A DNA stretch of 64,000 nucleotides from Podospora anserina (GCA_017654855.1 CM030336.1:2480001-2544000); one strand, 5' to 3'; shown: positions 47,624-62,931, counted from the stretch's first letter. Translations and numbers: made by a program. The notes: a model not told the origin generated them from the letters alone.

Positions 47624-50600
47624 GGTTATAAGCCCGGACTTATATTTAAACTCTAGCGAGTTCCCTTATTTTACGTTCCTATAACGGTTTCTTACTATAA
47701 GCCTTATTCTTATAGGCCACTAAACCTTAGAATTAGAATATTTAATTTTATATTTATTAACTAACGTCCTACTTTCTAAGCCTTCGTCTCCCATAATAGA
47801 TAAAGAGATAGGGAACGTCCCCCCCCTTCCTAACTTACCTTTAAGTATCGACCCGACCGCTCTAAGTTAGTAAATCGCTACCCAACTAGAAGCCTACTTT
47901 AAAGTTTAATTTAATAAATTTATAAAGAAATTAAAAAATATAGTTATTCGTTAAAATAAAAAAATTATTACGTTATAGGTTTCTATTAGAAACTCGGTAC
48001 CTCGTTTAAAGGACTCCCTTATATTAATACCTTTAACTATATTTATTTCTACTTCCTTATTATTAATACCTTTTACTCTATTTATAATTATTATTTTTTT
48101 AATAAAAGACTTTAATAAGTAAATCCTTTAGTTAATTAAAAAGGATAAGCTTTTAAAGCCTAATAACTATTAATAATAAATTTAGGCTTTTATTATTTAA
48201 CTAAAGGTTATAGGAATCCTAAACTTTATTAATAAATTTATTAAAGTTATTAATACCTTAACGAATATATTTAAAGTTTACTTAATCTTTATTATCCGAA
48301 ATACTTTTTAATAAAGTCCCCTTTAAATTATCAAAATAAAGGACTTTCCGGCTATTATCTTTTTACGCCTATAAATATAATATACCCTAGCTTAATTAAT
48401 TATTCGGAATAAACTTTATAAGTCTTACTACTTATTAAAATTTAATAATTCCTTTATAGTAATAAAATTTAATATTAAATTTAATACTTTTATTTTTCGG
48501 CTTAAAGGCTTAAATATAATTATTTAAAAAACTAATTAAATTAATTACTATTTAAATACTTTAAAATATAATTTTCTATAGTAATATAAGTACTATAGAG
48601 CCCTAATTTATTATTAAATATATTTAGGCCCGGCTAAATTATTTAATTTTTTTTTTTTTAAAATAACTTTTTTATAAAAACCCGGAATTTAATTACTTCA
48701 GCTATTTAAACTTTTATAGCTCTATAGTCTTAATACTCTAAGGTTTAAAAAAATAATAAATCTCCTAAAAATAAGTTTAAAAATTCTAGATCTTTAGGGG
48801 GTTTAGGGGGTTTAAAGGGTTTAAAGAACTTTAAAGGCTTTATAAATTTAGAAAGCTCGGGAGGCTCGAAGAAAAAAAAAAAAAAAATAAATTTAAAAAA
48901 TATTTTTTATAGGATTCTTTACCCTTAGCGGATACTATAAAAGTTTTTTTCCTAATAGGCTTTAATTTTAATATAGGATTTTATAATATTCTAAAAGATC
49001 CTTCCTTTAGTAAAGGAAACCCTATAATTTACGCTTATAAGGGCCTTCGAGGCGTATAACTTTTTAATACCGGCTTTATTATTTATATATATAACGAAAG
49101 AAGTTTTTTTATAAACTTTTTAATATTCGAAAACCTAAATTCGGTTTAAATAGGGGGCAGCTTTATAAGCTTAGTAAATTAAAGTACTATAAAGGTCTAT
49201 TTCTATACCGGAATTAAAAACGGAAGGACCTATTATTTTACGGTTTTACTTTTTAAAACCTTTTATATTCCGAATTTCTTATTAAATATTATAAATAGAA
49301 AGTATTTTTATTATTTTAGAGGAACCTTATTTTATTAAAAGATTTTTAATATTAATAAAAGGTTTATTATTTTATTTAATTTCGATAAATCTAAATTCTT
49401 TTTAAAAGTTAAAGGAAAGAACCGCCCTGGAAAGTATAGTTATTAATATAACTATAGCGCTTATATTAAAAATTTTAATAATTTAGAGGACTTTAAAATT
49501 CTTGCGATCCCTAAGGAATTTAAAGCCCCCGAAATTCTAGAGGGGGTTAGGGATTAAACGTTAATTATTTTATTAATAAAGTTTTTTAAAGAGTTTTTTA
49601 AGGAACCTTTAATAGTATTTATCGAAGTTACTATCTTTTAATATATACGGTTAAGCTATATAGGCTTTACCTTTCTAAAAAAAACTTCTTTAATTATTAA
49701 AGGAATACCTAACCTATAGAAGATCCGGCTTAAAGATTTTATTTATAAGAACTATAATACCGTAAAAATCCTTTATAAGCCCTTTAGGTAGGCCGTTAAT
49801 AACCCTTTATTTACTTTAAACCGGATTAAGGGAAATATTATTTCGATTAAACCTTTTTTATTTACGAAGAAAGCTTATGTCTTTATTTTAGTAGATTGGA
49901 AAACCCGTTATTACTTCGTTCGGCCCTTAAAGTTAAAAGAAAATACCGTTTAAGAGGCCCGCTTAATAATCGAAGATTTAAAAAACTCTTTTTATAAATA
50001 CTTAAGGTACTTCTATTACGACGGGGGAAAAGAAATCCTACCTTTAAAGGCTTATTTCGTAAAAAAAAGTATTAGCTTTAATACTTTAAGTTCTAAAACC
50101 TTTAATTAAAACGGTTTAATAAAGCGTTTTATTTATATTATTTTTAACCGATTAAGGACTATAGTACTCGCTTTAAGCCTCCCGCCTACTCTTTAAAGCT
50201 ATATTATTTAACCTATAATCGAAATTATTAATAAAATAATATAATCTTTTAAAGAACTTACGTTTTATTAATTTTTTTATAATAAATTATTTCCTAACTA
50301 ACCGGCCTATAGGCCTAGCCTTCTAAATTATAAAGCTATTAATATTAAAGTTATAATATATATCCTTACTAAGAGCCGGGTTTTAAGAGAGAAATTCGCG
50401 CCTAAAAAAATTAAAGGCTAACTCCTTATAATCCTTAACTACTAAACTTACCTAATTTATTTAAACCTAAATAAAATTATTTAAATTAATTTTATAAAGT
50501 TTTATAAAGACTTTAAAACCTAGTTTATAGGGCTACCGAACCTTATTAGCTTACTAAAAGTAATAAACCGGTTTAACGATTTAAAAAATAAATTAAATAT

Positions 50601-52439
50601 TTAAACCCCTATAAAGGACCTTATTTAAATACCGGATCCTAGAATTCTAGTACCCTCCATTATTATTAAAATCTTACTACTTTAAGCGATTCGGGAATAA
50701 CGTAAGGAATTTAAGTCTATTAATAAAATAAATTATATTAAATTTATTAATTATTTAATCTTTAGGTCCCTAAAAACCTTAGTAGTTTAGTTTATAATTA
50801 CGTTTTTAAAGTTTAATACCTTTAAATAAATCCTAAAGTACCCTAATAAAGATTAATAATTATAAATAATATTTATAAAAATATAATAGTTCTTTATAAT
50901 AAAAACCTTTTACTTTATTAATTACTTAAAAGTTAAAAAATAATTAATTATTAATCGTTAGGTCTTTAAAGAAAAAAAGAACCCGTAAAGTATTATAGTA
51001 AAGTATAAAGTACAGTTAATTACCTAAAGATTCTAATAAACTTTAAAAATTAATTTTCTATAAACCTACGTTTCTACTATAAGCCCTTTAACCTAAAGGA
51101 TTATACTAACTATTATTACGGTATTCGATTAGGATATTAAGTAAATAAATTTCGTAAAAGCCTTTTTAAATTCGGAAACCGATTTCGATATATATATTAA
51201 ACTTCCGTAGGGCCTAACCGAGTTTTTTTATAGTAATTTAACCGCTATAACCCTACTTAAAAGAGTTAGTTAAAACTTTATAGAAAACTAAATTATATTT
51301 TTAAAAAAATTTCTTTATAATTTTAAATAAACGTTTTACTTATAGTAATAAAAAGTTTTTATAATAGCCCGGGTATTAGGTTTTAAACTATTAATTTTAA
51401 ATATAATTACTTACTTTTACCTAAATTATATAATTTTTTTTATTAATTACCTTAATAACTATTTACTTATAGGCCTACAATATTTATAACTTTAGGCTTT
51501 AAAAAAAGTAATAAGTAATTACTATAATATTAAAAATCTCGGCCCGGCTCATTATTTCTTAAATATTTAAATCGAATGTAATAAACTAAATCGTTACTTT
51601 TAGCTTTACTAAAAAACTTATATTAATAAAACCGTTAAATACTTTAATATTAGTATTAAGCTTATACCTTTTCCTTTAAGCTTAAAGCTTATAGGATATA
51701 ATAATAAGTCTAAAAACTTTATAATACTTATAGAGTAGTACCTTTATTAGTAACTAATCGGTATTACTATATATACTATAGTCTAAACGAAGCCTAATAT
51801 AATCTTTAATATTTAATAATTATTATAATACTTAAAAGCATTTACTTTAATATACTTTAAAGCTATTAAATCCCTTCTTTCTTACTTATATACTATTATA
51901 GATTTAGCTATTAGTTACGGCTCGAATAAAGATTTAATACCTATTAGGTTTACGGATAGTAATTAAGTTAGGTATAAAACTAGTATTAAATTAATATACG
52001 GTTAGTTATTTATATTCGCTAAAAAACCTATTAGTTAGAAGTTTAAAAAGGCTTTTACGGTCTTTTTTAGTACCCTAAAAGCCGAGTTTATAGGGCTTAT
52101 AGAGGGCCTTAAGGAAGCTATATAGTTTAAAGGATTATTCTAGGAAATCGGTAGGCCTATTTACTAGCTTACTCCTTTATTATATAATAACGAAGGCTCT
52201 ATTACTATTACTTATAGTAATAAGTATAACCGTTAAATAAAATATATATTTATTAAATTCTAAAGGGTTAAAGAAATTATAGTTATTAAAGTAATTACTA
52301 TTATTTACTTACCTATTAAGAAAATACTAATTAATAAGTTTACTAAAGCTCTTCCGGTAGCTCTATTTAATAGATTTATAGAGCTCTTAAATCTTACTAG
52401 ACCGTTCTAGCTACTTACGTATTACAGCTATAGAGGGGG

Positions 52440-52886
52440 TATTAAAATATAGTACTTATTTATGGATTTTATAATATATTTTTTCTTATAGTTTATAGTA
52501 CTTAAAGGCTTTAAGCTATAGCGCCTATAACGCCCACAGCGGTTATAAGGAATTACAAAGTTTTTATATAAACTACTGTAACTAACTAAACCGGTAGAAG
52601 TTATGGGGATTGATAAGGAGGAAAAAGAGGTTTTGGATGCCTATAAAAGGCTCCCCTCCTAATGTATTTGGAATAATCTTTTTCTTTCTTAAGTTTAAGT
52701 TAAACAGTTAAAATCAATATACTGGTTTACCACACTTTTGCAGGGCATAGTTCCCTATACTTGCCTTCCTTCGGTACTACCTTACACTGTCGTACCTCGC
52801 AGTCCAAGAACCCCAGAGTCTTCAGGTAATTGCTTCCGACCTACCTGGAAGGCATATAACTAGCCTGCCGACGACATATCTCAACA
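52440..52886 (+). repeat. 3' LTR of copia element C
   Basis: Follows the PPT, ends TCAACA, and is followed by the TSD GTTAT. Confidence 0.93.
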
Positions 52887-55800
52887 GTTATTAACCGTTT
52901 TTAAATAAAATTCTCCGAATTAATAAGGATAACCTTTATTAATTAAAAAAGATCCGAATATTATTTAAAATTTATAAATTTTATTATTTAAAGTAATTAA
53001 ATTAATAATATAATCGAAAATAAATATAATGTAAAAAGAAGAATCTATAAAGAAAATAAATTAATTATTATACCTTCCTTTATTACCTTTAATTAAGCGG
53101 CCGAAATATTCGATTAATATATAACGGTTAATATTATAATAGATAGAGAGATAGTATTATAGTATTTAAAAATAAATATTTATAGTAATTTCTTTATATT
53201 AAAAAATAATAAATTTAAAATAATAAGGATCCGCGTTTAATATTTAAAAAATTAAGTATTTTACTCTTTAAATTTTAATATTAATTTTAATAAAAAAATA
53301 AATTTATTTTTTCATACTTTCTCTATTATTAATATTAAAATTTAGTTCGGAAAATTAAAGGGGTAATACCGTAATAGCTTTCCTTTATTAAAAAAGTATT
53401 TTTAATACGGTAAAACTAATTATTATACTAAATCGATAAAATATTTAAAAAAAAAATATAATAAAGTATAGGGACTATACTATATTAAAGGAAATAAAGT
53501 ATATATTAATAAAAAAAAATAACCGGAAAATAAAAAAATATAATTTAATTAAAAAAATATAAAGAAAGCGTAATGTAAAGGAAAGGTTAATAATTTAGTT
53601 CGTACTATAATTTTATTAAAATTAAAATTAAATAGGGCCTATAAAACTTATACGAAATAAGTTAAGTATTAAGAAGTTTATAAGGGTAAGGGATATAAGC
53701 CCGAAATTTTTTTAATTAAAAGGAAGGAGTAAATAGTTATTTAAATAATTAGGGTTATAAATATTAAATTAAATAAGTTTTATAAATACTTTAAACCCTA
53801 TATACCGTTTAATAAGAATTTAATTAATAACTATATTATTAAAAATACTTTATAATATTACTTAATAAAAAAATAATCGTTTAAAAATATTTTAAAATAT
53901 TTTAATAATACCCTAATAATTATTTATAACTAAAAGGTAAAAGTAAGGGTAGGCGCGTAAGGAACGAAGAAAGTAAAGATTAAGGATTTATCGAAAAAAA
54001 ATATAAATAATTTAACCTTAACCGAAAATCCGAAAATAATATTTATTTTTACGTAAAAGAAGTTAAAAGTAATTAAGGAAAGAGTTTCGTTTAATTAAGG
54101 GAATAGAATCTAGAGTAATTTAAAGTTATTTAATAATAAAGTAAAAAACTTTAAAGATTATATTACTAAAAAAACTAAAAAATATATTTATAATTAAATT
54201 AAATTTATATTAAAAAAGTATTATAGGGTTTTATTTATATTTATTTACCGGTTAATAAATTACGTAAAAAGTATAACCGAAAATATTAAAGTAATCGAAT
54301 AGCGTAAATCTTTTAAAAGTATTCCGGATAAAAAAAAAGAAGTCCTATAGAAGGGAAAGGCTTTACTATTAACGGTTCGAATAAATTTTTAAACGGTTAA
54401 ATATAATAAAATTCTTTTATTTAATTAAAAGAAAACTATCCTTACTTTATATAGAATTACGGCGGATAATAAATATAGTATAGTCGAGGGAGGTATTTAA
54501 AAGAAGATTATCGAAAGTAAAGTTTAACCGGATAATAATTTAAAAAAATAATTATAAACTTTATTATTTACGCTTATTAATTAACTCTTTAATAATAAAT
54601 AAATTTTTTTAAAAGCCGTTACTCGAATTTATAATATCCTATCGTTATATTATAATTTCGTTTTATTAATTTTAAAAAAAGTATTAATAATATTAAATAT
54701 AGGTTCGGAATATAATTTAATTAATAAGGCTATAGCTAAAAAGTTTTATTTATCGATAATATTAATGAACCTATAGTTTAAAAACCTTTATAGAAATCCG
54801 GTTACGTTTATAAATAAAATTTAAACTTTAATAATATTAATTAGGGTTTTAATTTTATATTATTTTTTTATTATTAATAATATTAAAGCTTTAGGTTTCT
54901 ATAACCTACTATTAAGTATCCCGTTTTTTACGGATATAAATTTTATTTTTAATTTTATAAAGGATTATATAATTAACGTAAATATATTATATAGGGGGAA
55001 ATTAATTAAGGTTTATATAATAAAAAAAAAATAATTAATAAAATAAAAACGGAATATAATAGTAAGGATTAAAGTAATATCTTTCCTACTAACTAATCCT
55101 TATAGGTATTTAAGGGATTAATTAATAAAAAAGTATTTATTTTTAAGTAAGTAACGGAGAAATTAAAGGAAAGGAATAAAATAATTAAAGAATTAAATAA
55201 AGGAATTAAACGTTTTTTATTTAATTTTATTTTAAAGAAATTAAATTTATTATTATTAAATTATTACTTAGCGTTTAATATTATTTTTTATAAAAATAAA
55301 GAAAAGGGGGATATTAAAAGTAAAAAAAGAAAGAATATTAGTAATTAGAGGGAAAGAAAGAAAGAAAGTATAAGGGACTACTAAAAAGAAAAATCTTTAT
55401 TTTAACCTAAAAAAGTAAAAATTATAATAAAAATTTTAATTTCGAATAAAATTTTAAAAAAAGAACAACCGTTATTACTAACCTTTATAATAGGTTTATA
55501 TTTAATACCATCGTTACTATTATTAAAAATATCGCTATTATTTAATTAAAGGATTAATAAGATAACTTTATTTAAACCCGATATAATATTTTTATATTTA
55601 AAAATATTTAATTAATCCCTTATTTAATTAAGTTAGTATAACCTTTTTATTATATAACTATATAAACGTTATTTACTTCCGCCCCCTTTTAAAAAAAAAA
55701 TAATATAAAGATTAATTTAATTATTATTTTTAAATAAGCTTAACTAACACTTATAAATATTATTATTATTATTATAATATATAAAAAGGTAAATAAAAAA

Positions 55801-58800
55801 GTAAAGCCGGTTAATAATACTAAGTTAAATAATAATACTTTTAAAGGAAATCCAAATTAAAAAATAAAAAAATAAGCGGTAATTAAAAAATTTCTATAAT
55901 ATAATTTAGAATTTAATAATATTATAGTCCTTAAATTTTTTAAAATAATTAAAAGGTTACGCTTTACTTTAAAACGTTTAACCGATTTAATTAAATAAAT
56001 TACCGATATTTTAATAGATTAAGAGGTTAAAATATTTATAATAATTTTATTCGTAAAGGAAGTTATATTAGTATAGAACTTTATTAAATATAAATAGATC
56101 TTTAAAAAAATCTTCTTTACTTAATATATTAAAACTATCCCTTATAAAGTATAATAAAATAAATCTATTCCGATCCTAAAATTATTTATAAAGAAAGTTA
56201 TTAATTTTTTTAAAAAATAAATTAAGAAAAATATTATTAAGGAAGCGTATAGTCCTTACTATAATAATTAATTTTTAGTAAAAAAAAAGAATAATAATTT
56301 CCGTTTAATTAATAATATTTAAAAATATAATAAAGTTACGTAACGAAATACTTTTATTTTATTAAATATTAAGGAGTTTAGCGAGGATTTTATAAAGTAC
56401 TTTATTACTTCTTTATTTAATTTTTTTTCCGGATATAACTAAATTAAATTAGCTTTAACGAGCCGAAACCTTATTACCTTCGCGATACCTATCGGCCTAT
56501 TTAAAATATATACCTTACCTTAAGGAGTTACTAATTTAGTAACTTAATTTTAAAGAGCTATAATTAAAGTCTTTTAAAATCTTATTCTATAGGTATATCG
56601 GCTATACCTAAATAATATTATAGTAAAAGGGCTAAAGTAGGACTATAATAATAAAGAAAAAAAGTTAGGAGTTAGGAAGTAGGTTCTAAAGTATTTAAAG
56701 AATATTAATATAATTTTATTTAATTATAAACTTATAGGAACTATAATTATAATTATAAAATTCCTTTAATATAAACGGAAAATTATTATTTTTAACTATT
56801 CCTATATACCGGACGGGCGCCTCCTTAATTAAATAAAAATAATAAAAATAAGGGAATAATAAACTTACTATAGTCTTAAAGATATTCGTACTTTCTTAAA
56901 AATTATTAATTATTATTAATTATAGGTACTTTTCTTTAATTTAATTATAATTTTATTATATTTTTTAATAAAAAAAATACGAAATAAAAATAAACGGAAG
57001 TTTAATAAAGTACGATAAAATAATTTACTTTTTTAATTATAAAAATATTATATTTAGTTTTTTTAACGTTTAATAATAACCGTTTCGGTAAAATCTTTAT
57101 TATTTTTAATATAAGTTTAACGGGGTAAAGAACGGTAATTAAATAAATAGAACCTAATAGAAAATAGTACCCTTATTAATTTAAAAGTAGTATTTAAAGC
57201 CCGGTTAAATAGAGGTATAATACTATTAAAAGGGAGTTAAAAGGACTATTATATACTTTAAAGAGATTTAAAAAGTATTTTTTCGGGGTATATTTTACGG
57301 TAGAAACGGACGTTTAAATAATAATTTATTAAGTCGAGGGGGCGGCTAATAACGTTTCCGGCGCTTTAATAATAAAATAATTAAAATAAATTAAACTTTT
57401 CGACTTTATAATTATTTATATTTTTAGGAGTAAAAACTTTATAGTAAATATATTATTAAAAAAACTATTTAGCCCCTTTAATTTAAAGGAAAAAAAGTTA
57501 AAATTAGATATTAATAATAAGGTTAATATAAGGATTTAGAAAAACGATATTTAAAAAGTAAATATTTAATAAATAAATATTAAAAAAAAAAAAAAGAAGT
57601 TATTAAGTAAGGCCCCTACTTAAATAGATTATAGTTTCTTTACTCTTATACTATCGCCGAGTTCCTCGCGATTAATACGAAACTAAAGGCTAAAATAAGG
57701 TTTAACGTTTAAATTATTAAAAATAATATTTTAAAAATAATTTTTAAAAATAAAGTTTTATTTTTTAAATTAAATAAAGGAGGTTTTCCCCTTAAGAGAA
57801 TTATTAACCCTTTAATCGAGCGGAAAAAAATCTTTAATACGTATTATAACGAAATAAGTTATAAAGGACGGGAAGTTACTTATACTCGAATAATAAAAAA
57901 CTATTATTAGAAAGGTATATATATTAATGTCGAGGTTTAAATTAAAATATATAAATAATATTAATAATAAAGCCCGAAATATTAAAAGGACTAATATTTA
58001 TATACTAAGCCTTTAATTACTTTATTTATAAAGTAATATTTAAACGTTTAATTTTTATTAATAATTTTAAAAAAAAATAATTTATTTTTTAAAAGCGAGG
58101 GATAATTTAATTAGATATTTAAAAACGAAGGTTTTAAGTTTAAATAAAGTTTTTAGGGTTAAAAACTTTATTTTACACGATATTATTTTTAAATAGGGTT
58201 ACCCTTTAATTATAATAGTAAACGGCGAATTAAAATTTAAAAAAGAAGTTACTAAAATTTTAGAAAGGTTAGGAGTTTTTCGGGTAATAGTTTTACTTTA
58301 TAACGTAAAAGTAAATAAAGTAACGGAATCTAATTATATTTTAATTATATTAATATTAATAAAAATAATAAATAAAATAGGAAAAAAATAAAAATAATAG
58401 TTCCTTTATATATTATTTATTAATAAAACTATAATATAAGGTATTTATAAATATAATATTTTTTATTTAATATATAGGTTTAACTTTATTACGCCGATCG
58501 AAAAAAACGTATCGTTATAGAAAATTATTTAATAAAAAAAAATTAACTTTAATAAATTAGGGAGATACTAAAAGGAGAGAGCGACTATAAATTTAATAAA
58601 GGTAAAGGCAAAATTATTAAAATCCTAGGAAATAAATTTAACTTTAGTAGTTAAGAGGGTTAGTATAGTAAAATAAAAAACTATAATAAAAAAAAATAAA
58701 AAAGGGATTTATAATATTAGGCCTAAAAATAGTATAATTAAAAGGGGGGATTTAGTATTAATATATAAAATAAATAGAAAGTTAAATATAAATATAGTAA

Positions 58801-61800
58801 GGAAACTATAATACTATTAAGATAGCCCTTTTAAAGTAAAGAAAATTAAATTAAATAATATTTATTACTTTTTAAAAATATTAAATAAAATACTATTACG
58901 AGTTTTTTATACGTTAAATAAAGTAAAGAAGTTTTTTAAGTTAGAAAATATATATATAAATAAAAAGGATACGGATATATAATTAGGATTAGGGAGAGTT
59001 AAGTAAGTACTTAAAAATAAAATAAAGGAAAGCGTAAATATAGTAAAAAATAAAAATAAAAATAAAAATAATAAAAAAAATATTAAGGAGAATAATAATT
59101 AGGGGGAAAATTTAAATAGAACGGAAGAATATTAAAGTATAAAAGAGATTTAAGAAAGGTAAAAATATAAAGGTAATTCTAAAGAAAGGTAGATTAAAGA
59201 ATTTTTTAAGTAATTAGGGGGAAATAATAACGAAAGCGTTATAATTATTATTTTTTTAAAAGGGTATTAAAGTTTATATTATAAAAATAAAGTTATAGAA
59301 ACTATTTATTTTTAAAAAAAAAAAAATATTAAAGAAAGTAATTAATTAAAATAAAAATTATTATATTAAATTTTTAATTTTTTTTTTTTTTTTTATTATT
59401 TTTTTTTTCGATTTACTTTTTTCTTTATACTCTTTCCTTTAATCTAAAAAAGTAAAAAACTATTTTTTTTCTTTTTTCTTTTCTTTCTTTTTATTTATTT
59501 ATTATTTTTTAAATTTTTTATATTTAACCTACTATTTTTCTTACTCTTAATCCTAATCGATTTCCTTACTATTAAGAATTAAATTTATAGTACCACGATT
59601 TAACTTCGATAACCTATTATTATTAAGATTTTTAAAGTAAAGGCTATCTTTATTAATATTAAACTATAAATAATAAATATTTTTATATTAATAATTCCCG
59701 TATTTCTAATTAAAGTCCTTTTTTCCTATATAATTAAAATATAATTATATTATTTTAATTTTAATCCTATCGAGGAACGTTACGAAAAATTAATAATAAT
59801 TTTAATCGTACTTATTATATAAATTAATATAATTAAATTTAATATATTAATATTAAACTAAATTTAATTAAAGGGGCGGTATTTATAATAACCCGGTAGC
59901 CTAAATAAATAAACTTTTAAAGCGATAAACCTATTTAACGATTTCGAAAAATTAATACCCGAAAAATTATTTATTAAACCGTTCAACAAAAATCCGTTTA
60001 ACGAAACTAATTAATAATACTTTAGAAATATAATTAATAATAATTTTATTTATACTAATATCTTTAAAAAGTAATTACTATTTTTTTTTACCCCCTTTTT
60101 TTATTAAATTAAAGAAAAACTATTTAAAGTAAAGGGGAATAGTTATATATTTAAAATTTAAAAGGGAAATTTTAAAATATTAAAAAATAATTTAATAAAG
60201 GAAAAAAATATTATAATAAATATTAATATTTTTAAGTATAATAAAATCGTAAATATAAATAGGACGCCGAACTTAAATATATCTCTTATAAATAATATTT
60301 TAATTATTAGGAATATAAATAAAGTTAATAGGACAATAAATAAAAGTAATAAATAAAAACTTTTAAGTAAGGTTTATAGTAACTTTAGACTAATCGTATA
60401 TAATAAAGTTAAAGATTTCCTTAATTTAATTAAAAAGTTTTTTAATAAAAAAAGTTATAGATATTTAAATAGTAAGGTCGTCGACCGTTTAATTAAATAA
60501 AGTAATAAGTTTCCTTAAAGAAAAAACTATTAAAAAAAAGCGGTTAATAAATATTAAAAAAAATAAAAAATAAATAAAAATAAAAAGAATTATTATAGGT
60601 ATTTATAATTTAAGGATAGGACGGTGCGATTAATCCTATAGACCTCTATAGGAAGGAGATTTATTAAAATATTCTTTCTTCTTTAAACGGTTTATATAAT
60701 TATTTAATAATTTTATTTTATAAATTAAGTAAATAATAAAAAATAAAAATTTATTAAAAATTTTTTTCCTTTTTTAATTTTTTATTTTAAAAAAATTCTT
60801 TACTTCCTTTTTAATAACCTTTTAATTATAAATTATATTATATATTATTCCCTTTTAATTTTTATAAAATAATATTATTAATATTTTTTATAAAGTCTAT
60901 TTATAATATATTATAAAAAGAATTTACCGTTATTAAAAAATTCGGCCCTTTTAATAATCTCGTTAAAAAAATTATTCGGAAAACGCGCTTTTAAAGTATC
61001 GATAGGGTCTATAATTTTAGTCCCCCGCGCAGTATTTTCTTTCTTTAAAATAATAATATTTTTTAGTTTATTTATTTTAGCTTTAACCTAATTACCGACC
61101 TAGAAAATTATATTATAGGAAGGCGGCCCGACTAAATTAATATTATTTTCGTAAAGTAATTTTCGATTAATATTATTAAATATTTTTTTTTTAATTTAAA
61201 AATAACGACCTTCCTTAATCGGACTTATATTTATAATATTTATATAACTTCCTTTACTTACGTTATATATAACCTTTAAAATTAATTAAAAATTAAATAG
61301 TAATTTATTAGCTTGGTCTTTACTTACGTTTTTTAATACTTTTTTTAAAAAATCTTTAAATATTATATATAGATCCCTAGAGAGCCTTTAAACCTTATTA
61401 TAATAAAGTCGTTAATACGCTTTTTCTTACTTAACGATAACTATAATACTTTTAATTAATAATATTAAGTCTTTTTTATTTATATTAATAACGGAAGCTA
61501 TTAAATAATAAATATTTATAATATTATTATTAATATTTTAATTTATATAGACTCGTTAAAAAATTAAAAGGGATATTAAACTAATATTATTTTTTATTTA
61601 ATATTTTATATTTATTATATTTTTTATTATAGCTTTAACGTAAAAGTAAAGAGATTAGTTTATAGTAAATAGGGCGGGGTATAGGAATATAATTTTTAAA
61701 TTTTAAAATATTATTATATTTACTTTTAAGGAAGTATTTCGTATAGTAAAAAGGAGGATTTAACGGTAATAAAAGTTTAAAAAAAAGATTATTATTATAA

Positions 61801-62568
61801 AAATTATAAAACTATAAATATTATAAAGAAAAAAATAATAAAATTATAAATAGTTTATATAAAAAGGTTTTTAAATTATAAATTTAATTAAAAGGTACGT
61901 AATAAGAAATAGAGAAGGAGGGGCCTAAAGGACTTAATAAACGCGGAAGGATTTAACTTACTAAATACCCTTTCGTTTCTTTTTAAGTCTCTATTAATTC
62001 CTTAATTTACTTCCCTCCTTAATTCTTTATTAACTTTAATTATTATTATTAAAGGAAATAAGTACGTCGTAGGTTTTCCTTTTAATTATAAAAGGTTTAA
62101 ACTAAGTAACGTATTAAATAATTTTTAATAATTAAATAAAATAGTAACCTCTTTTAGGTTCCGTACTCTTATAATAATAAATTCGCTACTCCTCTTTAGA
62201 CCTATAATTACCTATCCCCTTACTTATAATTATTTAAGATTATTAATAATATATTTTTCGCTTAATTATATATTTAGTTTTATAGGATAGGAGTAAGCTC
62301 CTAGAATTCTTTAAAAACGAAGGGAGGAAATCGTTAGGTTACTAATTATAATAATTCGATAGGGATAGAAATATACTTTAAGATCCGAAAAGTGAGGGTA
62401 CTTTTCTCTTTAATTAAAGGAGAATAGATAAAGGAATAGTAAAATTATATCGTTTTCCTTTCTTTTTATTAAATAATATTTTTTTTTTTTTTTTTAATTT
62501 ATAAAGGATTTTTTTCTTATATACGTATTTACTTACTAGTTTATAATAATTAAATGCGAAGGGAGGTT

Positions 62569-62931
62569 TGGTTTGGGGTGCGGCTATAGGCCTAAAAATA
62601 TAAGTAAGGAAGCAGGGCTTTTAGAGGACTTAGGGGTTCAGGGGTTATATATATAAACGGTCTACTTCGGACATTCTATTTTAAATAGGACATCGACTTT
62701 TATTCTTTTCTTCGTATTTTGTGCCTTACACGCGTGCAGGCAATTCTGGCCCTCTGATCAGGCCAATCCGGTGCTTATTATATGGCCTGCGAGCCCATAG
62801 TGTCTTTTCTTTATCCTACGTGAAGTGCGGCCTGCGAGCGAGTCACTGTCACGCAGGTGTGTTTATTCTGAGACTTGTTGAGGGTATATTTGTGGTGTTG
62901 TGGTTGTTTTATGTGTTTTCTCACCATTTCA
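62569..62931 (+). repeat. 3' LTR of element B
   Basis: TGGTTTGGGGTGCGG...CACCATTTCA, preceded by the PPT and followed by ATAC. Confidence 0.93.

Larger units (their letters stand above)
47177..52886 (+). mobile_element. Full-length Ty1/copia LTR retrotransposon C (5710 bp), RIPed, inserted in the gag region of B
   Basis: 447-bp LTRs at 47177-47623 and 52440-52886 (TGTT...AACA); 5-bp TSD GTTAT on both sides; copia-type PBS GGTTATAAGCCC at 47624; PPT AGAGGGGG at 52432-52439. Remnants in PR-IN-RT-RH order: *LFNTG (~49060), FYYDGGKE (~50010), R*VFKEK..YKVQLIT (~50960), GFTDSN (~51950). Confidence 0.93.
45356..62931 (+). mobile_element. Full-length Ty3/gypsy LTR retrotransposon B (about 11.9 kb without the insert), RIPed, containing copia element C
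   Basis: LTRs 45356-45718 and 62569-62931 (363 bp each); flanking ATAC duplication; PBS at 45721; PPT GAAGGGAGG at 62558-62566. Protease remnant ~54680 (VLIILNIGSEYNLI). RT ~56240-56630 (SPYYNN*FLVKKK..FRLINN; YLNNIIVKG from YLDD). RNase H ~57300 (FTVETD). Integrase ~57840-58300. Domain order PR-RT-RH-IN. Confidence 0.9.
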
